Origin: a virus
Length of the DNA stretch: 64,000 nucleotides
Strand: one strand, 5' to 3'
IMG/VR virus record: IMGVR_UViG_3300017917_003893
Location: 64,001-128,000 of that record
Shown here: in pieces, positions 19,563 through 28,635 of the stretch
How the letters are laid out: every line of letters begins with the position of its first letter
Position numbering within the stretch: position 1 is the stretch's first letter
Notes under the pieces: model-generated
The model's database searches: none
Seen by the model: only the letters and a program-made list of their open reading frames with translations
What the model was told of the DNA's origin: nothing
Translations under genes and position numbers: made by a program

Positions 19563-20079
19563 TTATATTACGGGTGATCCAAATGAATTAGGATTTGCTG
19601 TTTCTGATATCGTTAAGTTTCTTGAAACTGATGGTAGAAATGCTCTATTGTTTACTCCACCAAGAGCTACAACTGAAGATAAAAAAGGAGTTTCTACATC
19701 TATAAAATATATTTTTAGTAATCAATTCACTTTTGATAATTTTAATCAGTTTTCAGAGATAATTGCCAATAGGTCTAATTTATTTAGAGTTGATTTATTA
19801 GTCTTTGATTTTTATCACCTTTCTCCTTGGCAAATTTCTGATTATAAGAAATTAATAGATGAATTAAATATAGACCATATTATAATAGCCAAAGAATATC
19901 ATTACAAAACTTCTGATGATGTTAATGATTTTCGTGTTAGAAGAGAATACAAAGACCTAAATAAAAGTGAAACTCACATAACTGATAATATAAATAAGTG
20001 GACTTCTACACTTAAATCTTTATCTGTATCTTATATAAGAGATAAAAAAATCGACAATATATTTGGTAGTGATGAATAG
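19540..20079 (+). CDS. Degenerate P-loop/RecA-fold-like protein ending IRDKKIDNIF
   Basis: Remnant ITGDP and VDLLVFD segments; carries the shared peptide. Confidence 0.55.
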   Translation: MIQLKRCNYITGDPNELGFAVSDIVKFLETDGRNALLFTPPRATTEDKKGVSTSIKYIFSNQFTFDNFNQFSEIIANRSNLFRVDLLVFDFYHLSPWQISDYKKLIDELNIDHIIIAKEYHYKTSDDVNDFRVRREYKDLNKSETHITDNINKWTSTLKSLSVSYIRDKKIDNIFGSDE

Positions 20080-20093
20080 TATTACTATATTTG
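20062..20093 (+). promoter_or_regulatory. Bacteroidota-type sigma70 promoter
   Basis: TTTG-N20-TATATTTG. Confidence 0.65.
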
Positions 20094-20121
20094 CTTCATT
20101 AGCAATATAATATAAATATTA

Positions 20122-21222
20122 ATGAGAATTAGAAGAAAGTTTCTACAACTTACACGGTATACATATCCTTATGGTACCGAATCATTCCTTAAATCATACT
20201 TACCTGAAGGTATTAAAAAAGACCAATATGGTAACTATTACTATGTTATTGGTGATAAACCAACAACAATGTTTACCTGTCACTTAGATACGGCTTGTGG
20301 TAAACAAGATAAGGTTAAACACGTTATTAATAATAACATAATTAAGACAGATGGTAAAACTATACTTGGTGCTGATGATAAGGCAGGTATGGTTGTTTTG
20401 CTTTATATGATTGAAAATAAAATACCTGGACTATATTATTTCTTTATTGGTGAAGAAGTTGGTTGTATAGGTTCTGGTAATTTATCATCTACTTGGGCTG
20501 ATACTGAATTTAGTTATTATGTATCAAAAGTTGTTTCATTTGACAGAAGAAGTACTTGTTCTGTTATCACTCATCAATGGTATGGTCGTTGTTGCTCTAA
20601 TGAATTTGCTGAAGAATTGTCAAGTAGACTAAATGGTGCTGGTTTTAATCTTAAATTAAAGCCAGATGATACTGGTGTTCTAACAGATTCTGCTCAATTT
20701 ATGGATATTGTTCCAGAGTGTACAAATATATCAGTTGGTTACAATTATGAACACACAACATCTGAATATCAAGATATTGATTATTTAAGTAGACTATGTA
20801 AGTCAGTGTGTTTAATTGACTGGGAAACACTTCCTGTTGAAAGAGATCCCTATGAAGAATCTATTTTTAGTGATTCACCAGGTTGGGATGATGATATTAA
20901 TCACTCAAATGATTCTGAATTTGTAGAAGATTTCTATTCTTATTTTTCAGTAGATGGTGAGACTAAAAAGATGTATATTTCCAAGGATGTGATTACTAAA
21001 GAAATTGAATTAATTACTGATTGGCTCAAATCACAAGATGGATATAGTGATGTTTCAACTATTAACTGGAATGGAAATACTCTTTATGTCGATAGTGAGT
21101 CCGGTGGTTATAATTTTATAGGTAGTCGAACTGATATTATGGAGTTTATTACTGAATTATGTTCAGTTTCCAATTCAAAAGTAACTGATAAAATTAAGAC
21201 CAAGAAGAATATGGTTTTTTAA
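20122..21222 (+). CDS. M28/M20-family zinc peptidase, paralogue of 3127..4533
   Basis: Motifs TYPYGTE, CHLDT, LGADDKAG, GEEVG, SFDRR and ECTNISVGY. Confidence 0.85.
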   Translation: MRIRRKFLQLTRYTYPYGTESFLKSYLPEGIKKDQYGNYYYVIGDKPTTMFTCHLDTACGKQDKVKHVINNNIIKTDGKTILGADDKAGMVVLLYMIENKIPGLYYFFIGEEVGCIGSGNLSSTWADTEFSYYVSKVVSFDRRSTCSVITHQWYGRCCSNEFAEELSSRLNGAGFNLKLKPDDTGVLTDSAQFMDIVPECTNISVGYNYEHTTSEYQDIDYLSRLCKSVCLIDWETLPVERDPYEESIFSDSPGWDDDINHSNDSEFVEDFYSYFSVDGETKKMYISKDVITKEIELITDWLKSQDGYSDVSTINWNGNTLYVDSESGGYNFIGSRTDIMEFITELCSVSNSKVTDKIKTKKNMVF

Positions 21223-21383
21223 GACAATCTTGGTTTTTTATATGAGTCCTGAGAAACTATCTCTAGCATTTGTCTAGTTGATAGTTCTTTTGGATTCCAT
21301 CCTTTTTTTCTTGAATATTGATGGATGAATTTTTCTCTAAGCAGAGAAACTTCTTCTTTTGTGAGTCTTATTTTATTGTTCAT
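21219..21383 (-). CDS. Small hypothetical protein (54 aa, not in ORF track)
   Basis: MNNKIRLTKEEVSLLREKFIHQYSRKKGWNPKELS...; coupled to the upstream minus-strand gene. Confidence 0.6.
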   Translation of the reverse strand: MNNKIRLTKEEVSLLREKFIHQYSRKKGWNPKELSTRQMLEIVSQDSYKKPRLS

Positions 21384-21808
21384 AGTATAAATAAATAGAT
21401 AAATATTTGAAGTAGTAAACCAACTGACATTCCAATTGTTCTTCTTTTATATGTAGTTAATAGAGAAAATGGTGGAAATGTTTTTGATTCATCTGACCAT
21501 CTTTTAGGATATAAGTTACTATCAAGTTTATTTCTTGTGTAGTAATAAGTTCCATTGTGAAAGAAAGGAAACATTATAACCATACAAAACAAACTTAAAA
21601 GTGAGTAGGTCCCTAATGTGTAAAAAAGAAATCCGCTGGTTAGCAGTAAAACAAGTAATCTTTGTAAATTAAATATTCTATTTAAGTTAAAATCACAAAC
21701 TCTTTTACTTTTATTTTCATAGTTCCAGTAAAAACCTTCTCTAATACCTTCAGTTAGTGAGTATCCTATCCAGATAATATTTGTTATTAATAATGTTAAT
21801 AGAATCAT
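21380..21808 (-). CDS. Hypothetical membrane protein
   Basis: Several hydrophobic segments. Confidence 0.7.
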   Translation of the reverse strand: MILLTLLITNIIWIGYSLTEGIREGFYWNYENKSKRVCDFNLNRIFNLQRLLVLLLTSGFLFYTLGTYSLLSLFCMVIMFPFFHNGTYYYTRNKLDSNLYPKRWSDESKTFPPFSLLTTYKRRTIGMSVGLLLQIFIYLFIL

Positions 21809-21823
21809 TGTTTTTCGCTATTT

Positions 21824-21855
21824 TTTGTATATATTAATTTTTTATAGTATCTTTG
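21824..21855 (+). promoter_or_regulatory. Bacteroidota-type sigma70 promoter giving a near-leaderless mRNA
   Basis: TTTG-N20-TATCTTTG ending 4 nt before the ATG at 21860. Confidence 0.65.
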
Positions 21856-21859
21856 TTCT

Positions 21860-22333
21860 ATGTTAGAAATGAAAGGTATATTAGAATTTGACCCAGTTAA
21901 CGTAACTAGGAAGCACTTAGCACAGTCTTCTTGGAAGAGAACTGCTATGGTTCGTTTTGATTGTGACCTTTGGGCATACTACGCTTGGTTTATTGAAAGA
22001 CGATTCAACTTAAAGTTAAATAAACCTTTAAGAGGAACTCACTTGACTGTCATCAATGATAGATTTGAAAGTGATGAGCTTTACGCACAAGCCCGTCAAT
22101 TATTTCACGGTAAAGAAATTACTGTAAAATATGATCCTACTCTTATTCGTGCTAATAATAAAGGTCACTGGTGGATAAATGCGGATAGTGATGATGCTAG
22201 AAATATCAGAAGTGTTATTGGATTAGATCCTAATCCTTACTTTGGCTACCACATCACTATTGGTTTGGCTACTCACTTACAATTAGAACACTCTAAATAC
22301 ATCTTAGACCAATGTATAAGATTCAATCTTTAA
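21860..22333 (+). CDS. 2H phosphoesterase superfamily protein
   Basis: Two HxT motifs, HLTVI and HITIG, about 70 aa apart. Confidence 0.75.
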   Translation: MLEMKGILEFDPVNVTRKHLAQSSWKRTAMVRFDCDLWAYYAWFIERRFNLKLNKPLRGTHLTVINDRFESDELYAQARQLFHGKEITVKYDPTLIRANNKGHWWINADSDDARNIRSVIGLDPNPYFGYHITIGLATHLQLEHSKYILDQCIRFNL

Positions 22334-22803
22334 TAGACCATATTGAGAAAGTATATGGATTTGAAATTGTCCCTTGTTCAATACCAAGGGGCAATTTTCA
22401 ATATTTTAAAAGATATATCTACCTATTTATACTTCATAAAGTAAGTGAAAAGTTATTTTACTTTTTAAGAGATAAAGTCTCACCTATTAAATATTTAGAT
22501 GAAAGACCGGATAAAGAACTTTGGTTTCGTAAAAGAAACTCAGAGGGTAGAGTATCTATTGAAGTTGAAATAAGACCAGTTCCTGTTGAAGCTTGTATTT
22601 ATTTAAGTCATGATTCTGGTTTATTTAAGACTATGGATGAAAACTATAAAGTTAAAATATATTGTCAACTTAGTGATGTTGAACATATATCATTTCCATT
22701 AAATCACATCAACGGTAATGAACAGATTGATTATTACTTTTCTAAAATTAATGAACTTAAAGAAGAGTTGAGAAATTATAAATTAAATAATATTTTAAAG
22801 TGA
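22312..22803 (+). CDS. Hypothetical protein ending LRNYKLNNILK
   Basis: ORF carrying the shared peptide. Confidence 0.65.
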   Translation: MYKIQSLIDHIEKVYGFEIVPCSIPRGNFQYFKRYIYLFILHKVSEKLFYFLRDKVSPIKYLDERPDKELWFRKRNSEGRVSIEVEIRPVPVEACIYLSHDSGLFKTMDENYKVKIYCQLSDVEHISFPLNHINGNEQIDYYFSKINELKEELRNYKLNNILK

Positions 22804-22986
22804 TTTATTTTTCTTAAACTTAAATAGTTTAAATTTTCTTCTTTTCTTCTTCTTTTCTTCTTTCTTTGTAACTGATTTACTATAAAGACTGTCTATACTT
22901 GAGGTTATTTTTTTATCTATAACAATGTTTTCTTTTTCACATGAAGTAAGCAATAAAGTAAGTAGTATTATTATAAAAAATCTCAT
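22795..22986 (-). CDS. Small basic lipoprotein
   Basis: Signal peptide with lipobox LLTSC and a Lys-rich tail. Confidence 0.55.
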   Translation of the reverse strand: MRFFIIILLTLLLTSCEKENIVIDKKITSSIDSLYSKSVTKKEEKKKKRRKFKLFKFKKNKSL

Positions 22987-23054
22987 AATTCTTATATTTA
23001 ATTTAGTGGTAAAGGTTCTTAAACTAGATTATATATTAGACATATAATGATTAT

Positions 23055-23405
23055 ATGGATGATTTTTTTGATAGCTTTAAGGGTAAACCTAAATACGACC
23101 ATAAAGTGAGAGTAGTTCACTTTAAAAAAGAACCATATGACATTTACATTGGTCGTCTTCCGAATGGAAAATATAATAAGTGGGCTTATCCAAAAGAGTT
23201 AAGAGAAAGTTTTCCAGAAGGCACACCAAGAAAAGTTATTGTTGATGCTTATGAAGAATATCTTACTAATAATGAAGAATTGATGAATTCACTTTGTGAG
23301 TTAAAAGATAAAGTTCTTGGTTGTTGGTGTAAAAATCTAGGTGGTGGTGGAAAGTCATGTCACGGTGATATTTTAGTTAAGTGGGTTAAGAAAACTTGTA
23401 ATTAA
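23055..23405 (+). CDS. DUF4326 family protein
   Basis: YDIYIGR..KW, and ELKDKVLGCWCK..CHGDIL. Confidence 0.85.
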   Translation: MDDFFDSFKGKPKYDHKVRVVHFKKEPYDIYIGRLPNGKYNKWAYPKELRESFPEGTPRKVIVDAYEEYLTNNEELMNSLCELKDKVLGCWCKNLGGGGKSCHGDILVKWVKKTCN

Positions 23406-23435
23406 TTTTTTATATAACCTACATAATTTAATAAT

Positions 23436-24221
23436 ATGCCAGAACTTGCAGAAATAAAAATAATGTCAGATTACATCAACGAAAATTGTAAAAATAAAAC
23501 TTTTACAAAAGCATATCACGTTGAAAAAGGCAACAATCCTGTTGACTTTAATTTAATTGAAAACTTTAATGTTGAAGCCGAATCCAACGGTAAAGAACTC
23601 ATAGTCAAAATGTATCATGATGATACATGTATTAATCTATCAGTTTTTATGGGTATGTCTGGTAATTGGTTATTTACTCCAACTGAAACTTGGTCAGAAA
23701 GAAAATTCACAAGATTTAGATTAGATACAACTGATGGCAATTCACTACTTCTTTATGGTCTTTATATGGGTCCTAAATATAGAGTAGGTGGATTTACAGG
23801 AGTTAAAAGAGGCGTAGATCCTACAAAAGATTTTGAAGCATTTAAGAATACTGTTTTAGATAATCTAGATAAGAAGATATTTGATAAACCTATCTGTGAG
23901 GCACTATTAGACCAAAAGTATTTTAATGGAATTGGCAACTATCTTAGAAGTACTATTCTTTATTATTTAGATGTTAATCCATTTGAAACCGCTAGAACAG
24001 TCATTAAATCAAATACACAAGTTTTAGATATGTGTAGAGATATTCCTATGAAAGCATATGAACTAAACGGTGGTCAACTACAAGACTGGAAAAATCCATT
24101 TGATACTGATTATGAAGAATTTCAAAAATGGGTTTTTTATCAAAAAGGAATTTCTTGTAAAGATAAAACAGGTAGAACCTTTTGGTATAATGAAAAATGG
24201 AAAGAATATTGTCCTTACTAA
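23436..24221 (+). CDS. Fpg/Nei-family DNA glycosylase (NEIL1-like)
   Basis: Catalytic N-terminus MPELAE, GKEL, MGMSG, H2TH motif LLDQKYFNGIGNYL and GRTFW. Confidence 0.88.
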   Translation: MPELAEIKIMSDYINENCKNKTFTKAYHVEKGNNPVDFNLIENFNVEAESNGKELIVKMYHDDTCINLSVFMGMSGNWLFTPTETWSERKFTRFRLDTTDGNSLLLYGLYMGPKYRVGGFTGVKRGVDPTKDFEAFKNTVLDNLDKKIFDKPICEALLDQKYFNGIGNYLRSTILYYLDVNPFETARTVIKSNTQVLDMCRDIPMKAYELNGGQLQDWKNPFDTDYEEFQKWVFYQKGISCKDKTGRTFWYNEKWKEYCPY

Positions 24222-24251
24222 ACCATATTTAATTTATTTATATAATGTATA

Positions 24252-24734
24252 GTGTTTGATTTAAATTTTAATACTATACATGGTGATGATAAAACTGGTA
24301 GAACTAGATTTCTACTAGAGTTATCGTCTATTTTAAAATCATATGGTTTTAAAATATTCTTTTTAGGATGTACAAGTGAATTTGAAAACGCAAAAAGAAG
24401 TGGTGATTTATCTTCTTTTGATGACTTTAGAATAATATCAACAAGTGATGATTTTAATAATCTAAAAATAATTGAAGTTATAAATGAAATAACTGATACA
24501 AAAAGTTATGATTATCTAATAGTAGATGATATTGATTATTTATCAGATAACTGTATAAATTCAATAATTAAAACAAAAGTTAAAAAAGTTATTACTTGTT
24601 TAAGTGATAATAAAAAAAGATTACCAGAAAGTTCAACATTTTATAATATCACTGATATTAAAGATATGACTAAGATTAATGATTATATTAAAACTTTAGT
24701 CAGAGACCAAAAAATTAATTCTATACTTAAATGA
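24252..24734 (+). CDS. Small P-loop-like protein ending VRDQKINSILK
   Basis: Walker A-like GDDKTGRT and Walker B-like YLIVDD; carries the shared peptide. Confidence 0.6.
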   Translation: MFDLNFNTIHGDDKTGRTRFLLELSSILKSYGFKIFFLGCTSEFENAKRSGDLSSFDDFRIISTSDDFNNLKIIEVINEITDTKSYDYLIVDDIDYLSDNCINSIIKTKVKKVITCLSDNKKRLPESSTFYNITDIKDMTKINDYIKTLVRDQKINSILK

Positions 24735-25564
24735 TAAAAGCAGACAAGTACTATATAGACAATCTAAAAAGAATAGTCTATGGTGACGGAACTTGGGATG
24801 AAAATCCTAGACCAAAATATGCAGATGGTCAACCGGGTCACAGTAAATTTATAACTCAAATTTTTGAAGAGTATGATATCTCAAAAGGTGAGTTTCCAAT
24901 TACGACATTAAGAAATACAGCAATAAAAACAGGTATCAAAGAAGTTCTTTGGATTTATCAAAGACAATCTAACTCACTATCTGTGGCTCGTGAAATGGGT
25001 ATTAATTGGTGGGATGAATGGAATGTTGGTGATGATACAATTGGTCAAAGATATGGAGCCACTATTAAAAGATATGACTTAATTGATAAGTTACTTCATA
25101 ACCTAAAGTATGATCCATTTGGTAGAAGACATATTATGAATATGTATCAATATGCTGACTTAGAAGAGACTAATGGTTTATTTCCTTGTGCCTTTGAGAC
25201 TATGTGGTCTGTTAGAAGAGTAGATGATGATTTTTATTTAGACTTGACACTTAATCAAAGAAGTAATGATTACATCATGGCTGGTTATATAAACAAAGTT
25301 CAATATGTGGCTTTACAAATGATGATAGCTTCTCATTTAGAGTATAAAGTAGGTAAGTTTTGTCATTTTGTTCAGAACCTTCATGTTTATGATAGACATT
25401 TTGATGCTGCATCTGAATTATTGAATAGAATGCCATTAGATAAACAACCAAGGATTGAGTTGGTATCTAATAAATCTTTCTATGAATTTACAGTAGATGA
25501 TTTCAGAATTATTGATACTGATGGAATTAAGAAAATAGAAAGTAAGCTAGAGATAGCTATATAA
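24731..25564 (+). CDS. thyA: Thymidylate synthase
   Basis: Motifs FPITTLR, PFGRRHI, catalytic LFPCA, QRSND and NLHVYDRH. Confidence 0.93.
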   Translation: MIKADKYYIDNLKRIVYGDGTWDENPRPKYADGQPGHSKFITQIFEEYDISKGEFPITTLRNTAIKTGIKEVLWIYQRQSNSLSVAREMGINWWDEWNVGDDTIGQRYGATIKRYDLIDKLLHNLKYDPFGRRHIMNMYQYADLEETNGLFPCAFETMWSVRRVDDDFYLDLTLNQRSNDYIMAGYINKVQYVALQMMIASHLEYKVGKFCHFVQNLHVYDRHFDAASELLNRMPLDKQPRIELVSNKSFYEFTVDDFRIIDTDGIKKIESKLEIAI

Positions 25565-25577
25565 AATAATTATTGAT

Positions 25578-26057
25578 ATGGGAAGATATGATAGCTTATT
25601 AGAACAAATAAAAACAATTGATACTGAAGTTGTTAAAGATTGGGATTCAAATACAGATCCATCTATGAAAGTTGTAGAGGAACAAAAAGTTTATATTTGG
25701 ATAAGACTTTATTTGAAAAATGAATCTAACTTAGAGATTGGTGATGATATATTCATTAACTATACACCAAGTGGAGAGAAATTAGAGACTAAGTTTATTT
25801 GTTATGATAAAACTAGTTTAACAAAAGATCACGATGACTTAGAAAAAATAGTTAATTTCAATCCTGAAGATGATAAGAAAGTTCTTTGTCTTATGGTTGA
25901 CCAAGACAGAATCAACAAAGGAAATGATATACCTTTTATTAGAACACTGTTTAAATCAGGAATTCATTATCAACATCAACTTGTAAGAAGATCTGAACTT
26001 TTATTTGTGAATAGTAGAACTGGTGAGTCTTTAGACTATTTTGACTGTGATTATTAA
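25578..26057 (+). CDS. Hypothetical protein
   Basis: 159-aa ORF. Confidence 0.7.
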   Translation: MGRYDSLLEQIKTIDTEVVKDWDSNTDPSMKVVEEQKVYIWIRLYLKNESNLEIGDDIFINYTPSGEKLETKFICYDKTSLTKDHDDLEKIVNFNPEDDKKVLCLMVDQDRINKGNDIPFIRTLFKSGIHYQHQLVRRSELLFVNSRTGESLDYFDCDY

Positions 26058-26120
26058 AAAATAAAAAAAATGAGTTTTATAATGTAATATATACATTATA
26101 AAAAATTAACCTAAATAGAC

Positions 26121-26678
26121 ATGAGATATTTAAAAACTTATGAATCATTTTCAACAAACGAAGAGTTCTTAGGTGGACTTTGGAATAAAATTACCGCTGC
26201 GTTTGCTAATTGGAAAAATGAAAAAATGAAAAAAGCTGGTGAGACACTAGCTAAATCAATCGAAGAAAAAAAGGATGATCCTAAAATGCAAAAGGCTCTA
26301 GCTGACTTAAAGGTAGCTTATGATAAATTAGCTCCAGAAGATAAGGCTAAAGTTCAATCATTTAAAGATGAAAAAAATATTCCAGTAGAAACTGAAGTAA
26401 ATGCTGAAGAAGAAGTTATGGCTGAATCTTTACTTTTAGAAGAAGAAGGTATGGTAGCTAAAATTATCTCTTACCTAGGATTTACAGCAGGTGCTGCTTC
26501 ATTTGTTAGTCTAATTGTAACAGTTATTCAAATCGCTATGGCTGGTTCTGGTTATCCAACTACTTTATTTGGATTATCATTGGGTACTTTTGGTGCTATC
26601 TGTATGGTTGCTGTATTAGTATTTGGTGTTGGTGGAGCTATTGCTCAGTCTGTTGACCAAGGTGAATTTTCAAAATAA
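26121..26678 (+). CDS. Putative virion internal protein with two C-terminal TM segments
   Basis: N-terminus MRYLKTYESF, AATATATA upstream, hydrophobic C-terminus. Confidence 0.65.
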   Translation: MRYLKTYESFSTNEEFLGGLWNKITAAFANWKNEKMKKAGETLAKSIEEKKDDPKMQKALADLKVAYDKLAPEDKAKVQSFKDEKNIPVETEVNAEEEVMAESLLLEEEGMVAKIISYLGFTAGAASFVSLIVTVIQIAMAGSGYPTTLFGLSLGTFGAICMVAVLVFGVGGAIAQSVDQGEFSK

Positions 26679-26695
26679 TAATAAATTTATAAAAT

Positions 26696-26728
26696 AAAAA
26701 GGAGATAATTAATTATCTCCTTTTTTTT
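26696..26728. terminator. Bidirectional terminator
   Basis: aaaaaggagataat-ta-attatctcctttttt. Confidence 0.8.
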
Positions 26729-26939
26729 GTTCCTTATTTTTTAGCTTTTCAAATTCCGCATCTAAGCCACTTTTTCTCAAGCCAAAGTTTGAAGCAAAGT
26801 AAGCAGTTCCTAAAACAAGAATGCAGAATAGTGGATTTTTCATTTCATCACCAAAACCTGTTAATAGGAAAATGCCAAAAGTGATTGCTATTCCGATTAG
26901 GTGAAAAATTGCTTTGTAGTTGTTAACGATGAATTTCAT
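26709..26939 (-). CDS. Small membrane protein
   Basis: Two TM segments. Likely start MKFIVNNY, downstream of a TTTG-N19-TATATTTG promoter (26967-26997, minus strand). Confidence 0.65.
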   Translation of the reverse strand: MKFIVNNYKAIFHLIGIAITFGIFLLTGFGDEMKNPLFCILVLGTAYFASNFGLRKSGLDAEFEKLKNKEQKKGDN

Positions 26940-27055
26940 ATGTGTAGTGATTAATTTTATATTGAACAAATATAATACTTTTTATTTAATATCCAAAATA
27001 AAATAACTTTTTTCTAAAAAATATCTATAACTCATGTAAAAATAAATATGAATAG

Positions 27056-28582
27056 ATGTTAGTTGAAACACAATATTTAACAAATAGTAAGAAATTAGTA
27101 GTTAGTTACGTTGATAAAACCGGTGATATAAAGCTTAAATATTATAATTGGGATAATCCAATGAAGTATGTTGCTTGTGAGGACAACGATCCTCAAAGAC
27201 ACCCTGAATTTAGATCTTGGGATGGTAAATCAGTTAAACAAGTTGAAGTTAATCAACCTGATAGATATGCTATCTATGAATTCTTAGATGGCTTACCAGA
27301 ATCTGAAAAAAATGAAATATTTGAATTTAATCTACCTAAGATTTACTTTATAGATATCGAGACTGAAATCGTTGATGGTTTCCCTGAGGCGGCTGATGTT
27401 AAAGACCAAGATGGTAATATAACTAAAGAAGGAGCTTCAACACAAGTTCTTTCTATCTCTATTGTTTATGATGATAAAATCATTCTACTTGGTTTGAAAG
27501 AAATGCCTCAAGATATGCAGGATAGAATTATTACAAATACTAATAAGTATTTTGAGAAGTTCGGAACTGAATACAAGTTTAAGTATATTAAGTATGATGA
27601 TGAGTTTGATATGCTTTATGCTTTCTTCTATAAGATGATTCCTAAGATGCCAATTTTAACTGGTTGGAACTTCTTACAATATGACTGGTTGTATTTAGTA
27701 AATCGTTCTAGAAAGATTTCTAAGTGGGTAAATGGTAGAGAGTATAGAATTGATCCTGCTGTTTCATCTTTAACAAAAAGAATGAATAAGATTTGGTCAA
27801 CAGACTTTGAAGTTCCAGCACATAGAATGATTTTTGACTATATGCAACTTTATGAAATCTGTGATACTTCTATCAAAGTAAAAGAATCTTCATCATTAGA
27901 CTTCGTATCTAATAAATTAGTTGGTGTTGAAAAGATTAAGTATAATGGATCTTTACAAAAGTTATATGAAGATGATTTTGAGACATTTATGTACTATAAC
28001 GCAGTCGATAGTGTTCTTGTTCAAAAGATACACGATGCTCGTAACTACATTTCAATTATCTATGCGATTTCATCACTTGCTCAGATTAGAATCATTGACG
28101 TTGTTTCTCAAATGAATAATGCGTTAGGTTCCTTGGCTATTACAGAAGGTGTTTTAAGAAACAGATTTCGTAAGATGGACAATATTGTTCTATTCCGAGA
28201 TGAGCGAGGAGATGCAGAATCTACAATTGCAGGTGGTTGGGTAAAAGACCCTGTAGTTGGTATGAATCAGTGGTGTGTTACTTATGACTTTGCTTCACTT
28301 TATCCAACAACACAAAGACAATTCTTTATAGCACCTGAAACTTTTGTAGGTGTTCAAGATGAAAAAGATAAGTCTAAATGTACAAATGGTAGACCTATTG
28401 ATTTAGATAAACATGTTTTATGTGTAAATGGTGTAGTATTTGAAAAAAGAAAGTCACCAACGCTTAATATGCTTGAGGATGTTTATGCTGATAGAAAAAA
28501 AGCAAAGAAAGTGATGATGCAAAAGAAAGAAGACTTAAAAAAAGTTCTTGATGAGATTAAACAATTAGAGGCAGAAATATAA
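27056..28582 (+). CDS. Family-B DNA polymerase N-terminal subunit (split gp43A-like)
   Basis: Exonuclease motifs DIETE, GWNFLQYD and YNAVD, plus motif A YDFASLYP. It ends in the fingers helix (ADRKKAKK) with no motif B or DTDS. Confidence 0.88.
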   Translation: MLVETQYLTNSKKLVVSYVDKTGDIKLKYYNWDNPMKYVACEDNDPQRHPEFRSWDGKSVKQVEVNQPDRYAIYEFLDGLPESEKNEIFEFNLPKIYFIDIETEIVDGFPEAADVKDQDGNITKEGASTQVLSISIVYDDKIILLGLKEMPQDMQDRIITNTNKYFEKFGTEYKFKYIKYDDEFDMLYAFFYKMIPKMPILTGWNFLQYDWLYLVNRSRKISKWVNGREYRIDPAVSSLTKRMNKIWSTDFEVPAHRMIFDYMQLYEICDTSIKVKESSSLDFVSNKLVGVEKIKYNGSLQKLYEDDFETFMYYNAVDSVLVQKIHDARNYISIIYAISSLAQIRIIDVVSQMNNALGSLAITEGVLRNRFRKMDNIVLFRDERGDAESTIAGGWVKDPVVGMNQWCVTYDFASLYPTTQRQFFIAPETFVGVQDEKDKSKCTNGRPIDLDKHVLCVNGVVFEKRKSPTLNMLEDVYADRKKAKKVMMQKKEDLKKVLDEIKQLEAEI

Positions 28583-28635
28583 TTTCTGTCTTTTTTATTT
28601 TAATATATATTGTTGTAAAAAAATATCTTCTTCTA

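Noticed and set aside
24731-25564. dCMP/dUMP hydroxymethylase for modified DNA
   Set aside because: It keeps the dUMP-specifying Asn (AGYIN) and ordinary ThyA motifs, and no modification genes are adjacent.
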